Positions 1 to 11,086 of a DNA stretch of 64,000 nucleotides are shown in pieces. Each line of letters begins with the position of its first letter. Position 1 is the first letter of the stretch. The position numbers and the translations under genes were made by a program. The stretch comes from Macrostomum lignano (taxonomy: Eukaryota), in contig NIVC01001025.1 in NCBI GenBank assembly GCA_002269645.1, positions 82,052 to 146,051 on the forward strand, read 5' to 3'. The notes beneath the pieces were generated by a model. It was not told the DNA's origin and did not search any database. It worked only from the letters and a program-made list of their open reading frames with translations.

Positions 1-129
1 ATTCAAATGTTCTTCAGCAGAAATACGAAATGGCAGTGAAATGGCGTCAGAATTCATGGTAGATTAGTGCAGTGAATGATGAAATTTTGAGCCCCATAGC
101 AAGACGGGCTTGTTTATTAGGGATTAGCG

Positions 130-650
130 TTAGTTGAGGGAAGAATTTCCCACTTTAAGTGATATAGGGAATTTCCTACTCAAACAAGAGAATTTTTTCT
201 TCGAAAATGGAATTTCTTATTTAAAGAAATGAAGTTCCCATCCAAAGAAGGGAATTCCAACTTAAAGAATGGAATTTCTTACTCAAAGAAGGGAATATTC
301 AACCCAAAAAGGGAATTTCCCACTCAAAGAAGATAATTTCTTACTCAAAGAAGGAAATTTACAACTGAAAGAAGGGAATTTCCCACTCAAAGGGAATTTT
401 TCACTCAAATAAGGGAATTTTCACTCAAAGAAGGGAATTTCTTACTCAAAGAAGGGAATTTTTCACTCAAAGAAGGGAGTTTTTCACTCAAAGAAGGGAA
501 TTTTTCACTCAAAGAGGGGAATTTTTCACTCAAAGAAGGGAATTTTTCACTCAAAGAAATGAAGTTCCCATCCAAAGGGAACTTTCCACCCAAGGCAGGA
601 ATTTCTCACTTAAAGAAGGGAATTACCCACTCAAAATAGGAGAATTACTT
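130..650. repeat. Degenerate 21-bp tandem repeat (AAAGAAGGGAATTTTTCACTC)
   Basis: Unit read directly, best conserved at 400-560; explains ORF 405..593 (SLSEKFP repeats). Confidence 0.9.
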
Positions 651-1569
651 ATTAAAAAAGAAAGAGTATAATTTCAATCCTGATGTTAATGGTAGATTTT
701 TTCACTCTAATAAGTAGACTAAGATTCGAATTAAAGACGAATAATTGAAAAAAAGGTTTAAAAATCGATTCAATATAGCGAGTTTAAACAGACGTTATAA
801 CATCAAAGTATATTTATATAGCTAAATAATAACAAGTGTACAAGTACAGGTAAATAGCGCTCGAGAATAGAAGGCCAAGTCAAGTAGACCATGGCCCGAG
901 ATGCATTGATATAGAACTGTGCACAGATAAAGTTTTAATCGCGATGACTGAGCTGCATGACGGATGATGATGAGGGAAATCAATGGCATCAACTATGCGA
1001 GTCAGTGAGCATCATAAATCATCACCATTCACTTAGGGCAATACGTCGTAGTAGCCCTCAGACCTAAAAAATTGCAATAAGAAACCTAGCAAGCTATAAA
1101 ACACAATTTAGCGGAAATACTGAACTGCATATATTTATGATTCTGTTTCTATAGCAACAAGTTCATAAGGCGCGTGCTCGAGTATAGAAAAGACCGGGTT
1201 AGTTTAGTATAGTACAAATGAGGTGATTGACACCTGTGATAGAATAAATAGTTCCACAAAGGTCATGTTGCTGTGCTCCATCTGTGCGATCATTCAGCAG
1301 TAATAAAACTGTACAAGGTGAGAGAGAGTATAGATAAGCTACTAACAGTAGCAAAAGATGACACAATTAAAATAAATAGGTGAAGCAGCAGTTAAGAGAG
1401 GTAACACAAGTGCGCTAATAAATGCTATAATACGAGCTGCATTTACTAATAAATAGATGATAAATATTATATAAAACTACTAAATCCGACTGATAAGTCA
1501 TGTTAAGATTGCAATTTCGCATTTTCAACACTGAAGTCGTAATCCTCGAGTTAGAATCGGACATTTGAA

Positions 1570-1892
1570 CCTACCCTAGCAACCATCAGCTGGTAAAACT
1601 GGCTACCCTAGCAACCAACAGCTGGTAAAACTGGCTACCCTAGCAACCATCAGCTGGTAAAACTGGCTACCCTAGCAACCATCAGCTGGTAAAACTGGCT
1701 ACCCTAGCAACCATCAGCTGGTAAAACTGGCTACCCTAGCAACCATCAGCTGGTAAAACTGGCTACCCTAGCAACCATCAGCTGGTAAACCAGGGCTACC
1801 CTAGCAACCATCAGCTGGTAAAACTGGCTACCCTAGCAACCATCAGCTGGTAAACCTTCACCTGGGCTACCCTAGCAACCATCAGCTGGTGA
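1570..1892. repeat. 32-bp tandem repeat (CTACCCTAGCAACCATCAGCTGGTAAAACTGG), ~10 copies
   Basis: Near-identical contiguous units without spacers. Confidence 0.95.
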
Positions 1893-2739
1893 ATCCGAGT
1901 TCTAGGTATTCCAATCCCAAATTTATCTAAAAAAACTGACTCGCTTGTCAATCAATCTCTTATGGCGAATTGAAAAAGGCAAATATACCAATCAACTAAG
2001 AGCGGGACACACGAGACCAGAAAAGTGAACATCAACAACTTAATGATATATTATTATTATTAATTTTGTGATACATCAATAGCGGCCAAATAAAAATCAT
2101 ATTACAAAGTGATAATCGATAGCGCAATAAAATAAAATAAAAGCATATGATATGTATACATTAAGCGTACCAGTTATTAACCTTTGATTTTCTTGCAGCT
2201 CTATCAGTTTTGTTAATAATTATCATTTGGCTTCTGCTTCGACAAGCCTTTACTTAATGTTCATCTGTTATTAGTTATTCGGAATTTAAAATACAGCTAG
2301 GCAGACAAGCGGATAGGTTAAAATAAAACATATAACAATTGAAGGCCACCCAGGTGAACTAAAGGTTTAAATACTAATTAATATAAGCGTGCATCATGAG
2401 TATAGATGATGACGATGGGCACAACTGACAATTAATTTGAGTTCAAGCATAAATACAATGATAAAAATAGGACTCAAAAAACGCAAAACGTCTGTGATTC
2501 TATGTGCCTGTGTACATGCACTTTAGCGCGCCGCCAAGACAGACTGAGGTAACGGAGGGTGACAACACGGCATTTACACGCAAGCCCCGAAGAAAACGCT
2601 ACCCAGGCCAAGAAGCGTCCCAGAGTCACTTGCAGGAAAGAAGTGACTCCGCAGACGATTCCGAAACGACGAGATGTCACAGTACAAGTCGCCCGAAAGT
2701 CGTCAAAGAGTGCACATTTTTCCATTGGTCAATTTCCCA

Positions 2740-3628
2740 TGACCTGAACTATTTCGATGACCTGACCCATTTCGATGACCTGACCCATTTCGATGACCTG
2801 ACCCATTTTCCATGACCTGACCTATTTCGATGACCTGACCCATTTCCAAGACCTGACCTATTTTCCATGACCTGACCCATTTCGATGACCTGACCCATTT
2901 TCAATGATCTGACACATTTCCATGACTTGACCCATTTTCCATGATCTGACACATTTCCATGACTTGACCCATTTTCATGACTTGACCCATTTCGATGACC
3001 TGACCCATTTTCAATGATCTGACACATTTCCATGACTTGACCCATTTCCATGACTTGACCCATTTTCCATGATCTGACACATTTCCATGACTTGACCCAT
3101 TTCGATGACCTGACCCATTTTCAATGATCTGACACATTTCCATGACTTGACCCATTTCCATGACTTGACCCATTTCCATGACCTGACCTATTTCCCATGA
3201 CCTGACCCATTTCAATGACTTGACCCATTTCGATGACCTGACCCATTTTCAATGATCTGACACATTTCCATGACTTGACCCATTTCCATGACTTGACCCA
3301 TTTCCATGACCTGACCTATTTCCCATGACCTGACCCATTTCAATGACTTGACCCATTTCGATGACCTGACCCATTTCCATGACCTGACCAATTTCCATGA
3401 CTTGACCCATTTCCATGACCTGACCCATTTCGATGACCTGACCCATTTTCCATGATCTGACACATTTCCATGACTTGACCCATTTCCATGACTTGACCCA
3501 TTTCTATGACCTGACCAATTTCCATGACTTGACCCATTTCAATGACCTGACCCATTTTCCGTGACCTGACCTATTTCGATGACCTGACCCATTTCCATGA
3601 CCTGACCCATTTCGATGACCTGACCCAT
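2740..3628. repeat. 18/19-bp minisatellite (CATTTCGATGACCTGACC and variants)
   Basis: Read directly; source of the MGQVME-repeat ORFs. Confidence 0.95.
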
Positions 3629-3850
3629 AGTGAAAGTTAAGCGCCTACAAAACGACTTTTGGATGACTCTTTCGCGCCTCTTTTATACGATTGCACAACT
3701 CACTTGTGACGCAACAATCGCCTCTAACTACGCGAATCACTAGCGAGTTGTTTGCAACGACCTTTTTAGCGAGTCTTCAACGTTTTCAACGGGAGCGAAA
3801 CAAGTCAGTGTACAACAGTTAGACAGAGACTATACAAGAGTCGATACAGA

Positions 3851-4845
3851 CTAGGCATTGAAGCTGAGCATAACCTCCAGCCAGCAGGGACAATAGATGA
3901 TGTCCTGTCTCTGATAGGCCGCTCCGAAGCCTTTCACAAAGCTCAGGCGGACAGTGAACGGGTCGGCGGCGGCCGGGGAGCACAGCTGGTTCAGCTGGCC
4001 GAGGCGGCGGGCCCGGCACAGCAGTCCGGCAGCTGAAGAGTCGAAAGCCTTCAAGCAGTAGCCAGGCGGCAGCTTCACGGCCTGATAGGGCCCGGCGCTA
4101 GATGCCGCCGCGGATGACAACGACAGAGGCTGCAACGTCGGCGAGTGGACAAACACGGCGTGCTCGGATTGATTGAAGATCACCAGCTCCGTGGCGTCCG
4201 TCGCCGCGTCGTCGCCAACGTCGTCGTTATTGACGTCCCCATCGCTGTCGTCTTCGAATTCGAACTGGCATCGCTTCTGACGGTGCTGTCGTCGGCGTCG
4301 ACGTCGGCGCCGTACCAGCGCCACCCCGGCGCCAATTTTGGCGCGAGTCTTGGCGGCCTGTCTGGCCAATTCGCCATCGGGATCGACGGCTACGCCGGCG
4401 GGAACGGCAGCGGCGGCGGTTGCAGCGGCGGCCGACAGGGACTCCAGCGACATCACGCTGTCGCTTCCGGTTCCGGCTACTGGACCGCGCTGGCAGACGC
4501 GGAACACGGAGTCTCGAACCCGGGCTAACTGACCGATCCGGCTGCGGCCTTCCCAGTAGGCCACTGCGCACCAGTAGGCCTGATGCCGCTGCTCTGACAG
4601 GGGTGCATTAACGTTGCCTGCGGTTTCGGCATCCGCCATGGAAGCCGCTGCGGCAGTGGACGAGTGCGCATCGGACACCGAAGCGGAGTAGCAGCAGCAG
4701 CAAGAACAGCAGCTGCAACTGCCGCAGCCTCCGCCGCCGCTGCTGCTGCCGCCGCTGCAAGTATCCCGATGCTGCTGCTGATGCTGCTGGGCGGCGCTGC
4801 TAGTTGTGGTGAGCCAACTTTTGCGGCTGGCCGACAGTAGCGAGT
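3851..4845 (-). CDS. Smad6/7: Inhibitory Smad (Smad6/7/Dad-like), last coding exon: linker + MH2 domain
   Basis: YWCAVAYWE (MH2 start), KTRAKIGAG, NQSEHAVFVHSPTL, VKLPPGYCLKAFD, FTVRLSFVKGFG...RQDIIYCPCWLEVML. Ends without an SSxS motif, as expected for an I-Smad. TAG at 3853-3851. Acceptor CCGCAG|AC at 4846/4845 is phase 1; a weaker in-phase AAG| at 4881 is an alternative. Confidence 0.93.
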
Positions 4846-4874
4846 CTGCGGTTTCAACAGAGGTCAAGGTGGAT

Positions 4875-5435
4875 AACAGGGCTTGAAAGTGGATAACAGC
4901 CTGAAGGGGGATGACAGCCTGAAGGGGATAACACTCAGTCTTAAGGGGATAACAGCCTGAGGGGATAACAGCCTGAAGGGGATAACAGCCTGAAGGGATA
5001 ACAGCCTGAAGGGGATAACAGCTTAAAGGGGGTAACAGGGCTTGAAAGTTGATAACAGCCTGAAAGGGATAACACTCAGTCTGAAGGGGATAACAGCCCG
5101 AAGGGGATAACAGCCTGAAGGGGATAACAGCCTGAAGGGGATAACAGCCTGAGGGGGATGACAGCCTGAAGGGATAACAGCCTGAGGGGGATAACAGCCT
5201 GAAGGGATAATAGCCTGAAGGGGATAACAGCCTGAAGGGGATAACAGCCTGAGGGGGATGACAGCCTGAAGGGATAACAGCCTGAGGGGGATAACAGCCC
5301 GAAGGGGATAACAGCCTGAAGGGGATAACAGCCTGAAGGGGATAACAGCCTGAGGGGGATGACAGCCTGAAGGGATAACAGCCTGAAGGGATAACAGCCT
5401 GAGGGGGATAACAGCCTGAAGGGATAATAGCCTGA
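4875..5435. repeat. 17/18-bp minisatellite (GGGGATAACAGCCTGAA) filling Smad intron 2
   Basis: Read directly; explains ORFs 5023..5532 and 5076..5465. Confidence 0.95.
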
Positions 5436-5507
5436 ATTTTGTGAATGACCCAATCTGTGATTCATGCAACCGGCTACAGCAGGTTATCGCATAAAAAAGA
5501 GCCTTAC

Positions 5508-5606
5508 CGCTACTGCAGCCAGACGAGGACACTTCATTGTCTGACAGGGCAATCAGAGGCTGCTTCAGCTCCAGCTCACTCAGTCTGTCAATCAGGCTGT
5601 GCAGAT
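5508..5606 (-). CDS. Smad6/7: Inhibitory Smad, 99-bp middle exon (DLHSLIDRLSELELKQPLIALSDNEVSSSGCSS)
   Basis: Acceptor CTGTTTTCTCTAATTTACAG| and donor G|GTAAGG. Length of 99 nt keeps phase 1 on both sides and joins exons 1 and 3 in frame without a stop. Confidence 0.8.
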
Positions 5607-7171
5607 CTGTAAATTAGAGAAAACAGTAGTAATAGTAAGTAACAGTAAAATGAAATAAAACAAAACATATTGCTATAACAGTTTCCGACCTGCCCGGCCT
5701 ATTTGACCATTTAACACGGCTGTAAGGCGCAGATAAAAGCAGAGGATGGACCCACCGGGAAGCAGCTAGTTCTGTTTATTTATACCACTGTGCACAACGC
5801 TGCCTTAGTTTATATGGACAGGTAAGGCTATAAATGGGAATAGCCAAGCCAAGGCACTGAAACTACCGTACATATTAGAATATTACAAATATTTTAGCTT
5901 CGGTCAAACAAACAGAAAGACCCATGGGCCATATAGTTATATAAGCGTTGCCAATATCAAAGCAAACAGAGCTGGGACTTTCATCTCAGAATTGAAAATG
6001 CTCGAATTGATTGATTGATCGATTGATTGAATTAAAGCCAATAAACGCTTCTGGCTATATTGGCTAAGCGACCGGAACCTCAAAAGGTCCATATTCAATC
6101 ATTCGATCAAGAGTTTTCGATCAACAAAGCCAAAGAAGAGAGGCGGAGTCTGGACAGGGCAAACAGACGCTGTCATAATCGAGCATGCATGTAAAGCGAC
6201 ATGAACGACATGAAGGATTATTGATAAACAAAAACACGCACACACACACCTGGGGCCTTGGACCCATAGTGCGATCATTCTCTCTATAACATTGCATAGG
6301 GAAGGGCGGCAGTGGATGATGGGCCAGAGAGAGGCTGGATGATGATGAATTAGAGAAATTGAGTGCCGCGGGATGATGGAGAAGGCGCCAGGCAGGAGGA
6401 GGAGGGGGTTAATTTAAGCAGCCGCTTCTAGAGTTAATGACGATGAGAACGGAAAGAAGGCAATGATGATAGCTGCCGCACAATTGAATTTGGATAGCTG
6501 CATAAATGCTGGTACCTCGTAGCCGCTTTAAAACTAATCGAAATGAAATACGCAAGCATTGAATAATTGCTTGACAAAAAAGGCAGGCAGGCAGGCAGGC
6601 AGAGATCAAAAGGAAGGCGACGGCTCCTGCGCCGGCGCCAGCGAAAATCAAAGCAATCAACGAACGAACGAGAAAAACACGGGAGTCGCTACAAAATGTG
6701 GAGATAGCAATGAATCGAAATAGCCAGACAGATGCGGACTAACGGCGCCTGATCAGATCATAGATAGCAGAGACTGAACAGTCAGTCAGTTGAGACAGCT
6801 TAATGCTTGAAGAGTTACTTGAACTGAGACAGACACAGACAGTTATATATAGGCACCAGCGGGGCAAGTGAATGCGAATAAATGCAAATTTGAGCCGGCT
6901 AAACAGCCAAGCTTAGAGCAGCCCGCAGTCGCCGCCCGCCGGTTAGCCCGACTGACGCCCTGATGCGATGGCGCCGAGATAACCCCCCCCGGTCGGAGCC
7001 GCCACCGCCGCCCCGTCTTCTCTTATATACTGTATTCTCTATATAGACTGCCTGTGTGGCGTCTTGCCTGGCAACACATAAACAGTTAAAGGGAGAACAG
7101 CTGCAGCAGTCACAGAAACAATAAATCTAATAGAATTAGGGATTTAGAGAGTAAGAATACTGAGCTAGGTA

Positions 7172-7179
7172 GTCTAGAC
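7172..7179. promoter_or_regulatory. Perfect palindromic Smad-binding element GTCTAGAC in Smad intron 1
   Basis: Exact 8-mer seen; function inferred from the known I-Smad feedback loop. Confidence 0.35.
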
Positions 7180-7964
7180 CGCCTGCTTCTCTTTTCTAGG
7201 GGACTTTTTATTGCTGCTTTTTTCTACTTCTCAACTATCCTTAGCCCTACAAACAGACAGCAGAATTACAATCCGAAAGCGAAATTCAAAATAGGCATCA
7301 GAATTCGGATATGTGAAAGATTGTGCAGATAGATAGGCATTGCATTTAGGGGAACAGTTAGCGGTAAGGAAGAACGAGAGCTATATGATAGAAAGGACAA
7401 AATATACACACATATATAGGGAGAAAGATATAGTCTAAATTTCAGGGGGAAGTCTGTCATCCCATGGCTTTTACTGAAAGCGCGCCCAGTAGAACTATGG
7501 CATGGGTATTAATAACATTGCGTGCAAAGGTTTACAAGCCAGCCGAAAAATATACACGTAACTACACGATAGCGGCATATTGACAGGCCTAGGCTTGCTA
7601 TCTATTCTGTCCTACCCCAGCCACCCGGCTACATAGCCACTTAATCTGGTGGACTACTAGAAGAGATTAGCTTATAAAATATAGAAGATATTTCTTGCAT
7701 TCAAATATCAGAAAATGCAATCAAGCCAATCGGTTATTTGATTAGGTCTATAGCTTAATTTAATAACGCAATGCTTCCACATTTATGTCATTGAGTTTGT
7801 CTATATTTGAGACAGATTTTAGACCGTGTGCCCACAATTTCAGACAACTAGGTATGACTGATATTAATTACGAGTATTGTGACATTGAACTATCGAAGAC
7901 CTGTTAATACCGATTTTATCGCCGGTTAACATTATTTTAGGAGCCGCTAAGCATCAAGGATGAG

Positions 7965-8345
7965 ATAAACATGATTTAGGGTCCGATAAACATGATTTAG
8001 GATCCGATAAACATTATTTAGGGTCCGATATAAACATCCTTTAGAAGCCATTAAGCATCATTTAGGAGCAGATAAACCTGATTTAGGGTCCGATAAACAT
8101 CCTTCAGAAGTCGTTAAGCATCATTTAGGAGCAGATAAACCTGATTTATGGTCCGATAAACATCCTTCAGAAGTCGTTAAGCATCATTTAGGAGCGGATA
8201 AACATGATTTAGGGTCCGATAAACATCCTTCAGAAGTCGTTAAGCATCATTTAGGAGCGGATAAACATGATTTAGGAGCCGATAAACATGATTTAGGAGC
8301 CGATAAACATGAGTTAGGAGCCGAAAAACATGATTTAGAAGCCGT
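7965..8345. repeat. 21-bp repeat (ATAAACATGATTTAGGAGCCG) with a 63-bp trimer higher-order unit
   Basis: GATAAACATCCTTCAGAAGTCG recurs every 63 bp (e.g. 8092, 8155). Confidence 0.85.
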
Positions 8346-9097
8346 GAACACCAATTGACGCGTATGCTATTGTTCAAGCGCCATCCTTACATTTCAGGCC
8401 AATAAATTCTTCGCCCAAAGCAAACGCATTGCGTCCCTCACATATTTTTGTTTGTTTGTCAAAAAGGTGACGGAGGAATAGAGAGAGGGGGACTATGAAA
8501 ATATCTGTATATAAATGTATAACCTCGGAAGAAATTTTATAGGTGTACATCTATTAGGATTGCAGAATTTCAAGCATTTAGAAATGGAATGGCCTCCAGC
8601 TGTTAACACACGGTGACTTGTATGAGTATGCAGCACTGCTGAGTGTTGGTGGCAGGGCTGTGACCGGGGAAGCGCAGACCAGGAAGGGGAGCAGCTCTGG
8701 GGGGTCTGGGGGCGCGGGGCTTAGAGGCCAAAGCTCTATATAAGATTAGCCCCGCTACTCCGCGCGTGCCAACAGCTGCGCTTTGCTGCGTTCAAACAGA
8801 AAAAAAGAAAAAAGAAAACGGGAATTAATAGAATGGGGTAAATGCCAATAGGAAAAGTGAAAGAGGCGCGAAAAACACTCCCTTTGCCTCTAATTCCCCC
8901 CCCCTCCCAGGCAATGGAACAGGCACAGAGATCCGCAATGAAATAAATGGAATGCGCTCAGAGGCGCGTGTGAGAGGACGAGAGGGATTATCACACCTTC
9001 GGAGGGAAGGAATGCTAGGTCTGTTATTACTATTAGTATTGCTCAACATAACCACATAAGAGTACGCTCGTAAGCAGTGTGTGGGCTTGCTAAGCAC

Positions 9098-9270
9098 AAA
9101 CTATCAGAAGCGCGCAAGCCGTTAGAAGCGCGCACTGTCAGAAGCGCAAACTATCAGAAGCGCGCAAGCCGTTAGAAGCGCGCACTGTCAGAAGCGCAAA
9201 CTATCAGAAGCGCGCAAGCCGTTAGAAGCGCGCACTGTCAGGAGCGCAAACTATCAGAAGCGCGCAAATT
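9098..9270. repeat. 50-bp tandem repeat (~3.4 copies) built from AGAAGCGCGCA subunits
   Basis: CTATCAGAAG at 9101, 9151, 9201 and 9251. Confidence 0.9.
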
Positions 9271-10025
9271 GTCTTGCGACAAAGCAATCGTGTGCAAAGT
9301 GCGTTCGAATGCTAATAAAACCCAGTCAAGCCTGCTCTAAAACAAATGATGACTATAGAAACACGCCAGTTACGATGAGCAGTAATAAAACAATCTAAGA
9401 AACAAAAGTAAAAAGCTAATCCATTCCAATGTGTCGTGTAGACGAACGGCACGCCAGTAGAGAGGAGAGAGAGAAAGCGAAAGCCTCACTACACTATTAA
9501 TATTGATGCCGCCATTGCGCCGCTAATTGCAATTCACACCCTCAAGACTAACCTGCCCTCTCATCAGGTATTGTTATTATTTATTCATCAGATGGTCCCT
9601 CCGTCTGGGATTTGACGTCGTAGCTCTACTAACTAATAAGCGACAGCCGGGCCGCCTGTCACACTTGAGCTCACAATTCAAGGCGCCAAATATTGCCTCA
9701 GCGGAGATGGCGGAGGTGTCTGGAACACGCGAGACTGCAGAGCTTGTGACAAAGCATCCGGGGCACTGCAGGGAAAGACAATGAATGGGATTAATACCAT
9801 GGGGAACAGCTTGGAGCCTCTACACAAAGAGTCCAGCAGACCGAAGCCAACAAAGTGGAAACTGGAGAAAGGCTGATGTGCCCCGGGACACACGCCTCCT
9901 CTTGAGCTCAGTCGGATACCGCACTCCAACTGTCTCTTTCACTCACTCCAACCCATCTATCTCATTGCTGTCTATGATGAAGTAGAAAAAAAGCAAACAC
10001 CAAAAGACCCTTATTGAATGAAGCG

Positions 10026-10116
<91 letters not shown>

Positions 10117-10172
10117 GAGACAGACAGACAGACAGACGGACAGACAGACGGAGAGACAGACAGACAGACAGA
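10026..10172. repeat. (GACA)n microsatellite
   Basis: Read directly. Confidence 0.97.
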
Positions 10173-11054
10173 GACCCAATTTAAAGCATTAGCATGTCTA
10201 AACATATTTTCAGCATTACAGACTTAATAGGATTGCTCATGCTCATGCCCAGGCGGCAACCAGATTAAAAGACGACATTTACAATATCTTGCTTCAAGCC
10301 TCTTTAACTTCTTCAACATGCATCTACCTACACAGTGAATATTGCTTCCGCACCGAAATAATCCAACCCCTACCTATTCACTACACCGCCACCAGACCTC
10401 GGGGCAGTTTTTCTTATCCGCAAAGCACACAATAATCTAACTACTGCACTACACACGTGCTGCGACCCGTTCTGAACCAGGGCCCCCCTCCCGCCACCGA
10501 CAGACTGGCGGCAGTATAAATGGGCTAGGGAGCTTGGGAAGAGACACGAAGGGTCACGATGGAAGGGCCGGCCTAGACTGTTAGAGGGATAGAGTAAAGA
10601 GAGGGGGGGTAAGTTGAAAAGAGAGCAAGGGCAGGTACGGAGGCAGGATTAACTATCTGGGGGGGGGGGGGATAAAGGGAGGAAAGAGGCAGCTCACTAG
10701 CCTGACAGCCCCCTCTATCGGGGTCACTTAGTCAAGGGGGACTATTAACTGAGCTAATGGGGGCGTCTAACCAGTGAGGGGGGAAGCGGAGGGAGAGGGT
10801 CACAGAGACTCATTCTTCGGTCCAGTGTGTGTGAGTGTGTAAATCAAGTGCGCCGAGGGTTTGGGAGAGCTGTGGAGGAGGGGCCTCAGCGGCAGACAGA
10901 GAGGCCTTAGTGGCAGCAGAGTTAAGCTAAGCCCAGTCTAGTAAGTAAAAATGCCCGCACGCGCAGGCCCGTGGCGACTCTTCCCCCCCCCCACCCTCTA
11001 CGGTCCGAGGCCGGCTGGCCCCCGACAGCCAGCCGCCAGCGCCGCCGCTGCCGC

Positions 11055-11086
<32 letters not shown>

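Noticed and set aside
2740-3628. Nuclear-receptor response element array (TGACCT/TGACCC)
   Set aside because: The half-sites overlap by one base and match no standard DR/IR spacing; likely coincidental.
4145-4857. Overlapping ORFs across the Smad MH2 exon
   Set aside because: Alternative-frame shadows of GC-rich coding sequence, with no recognisable motifs.
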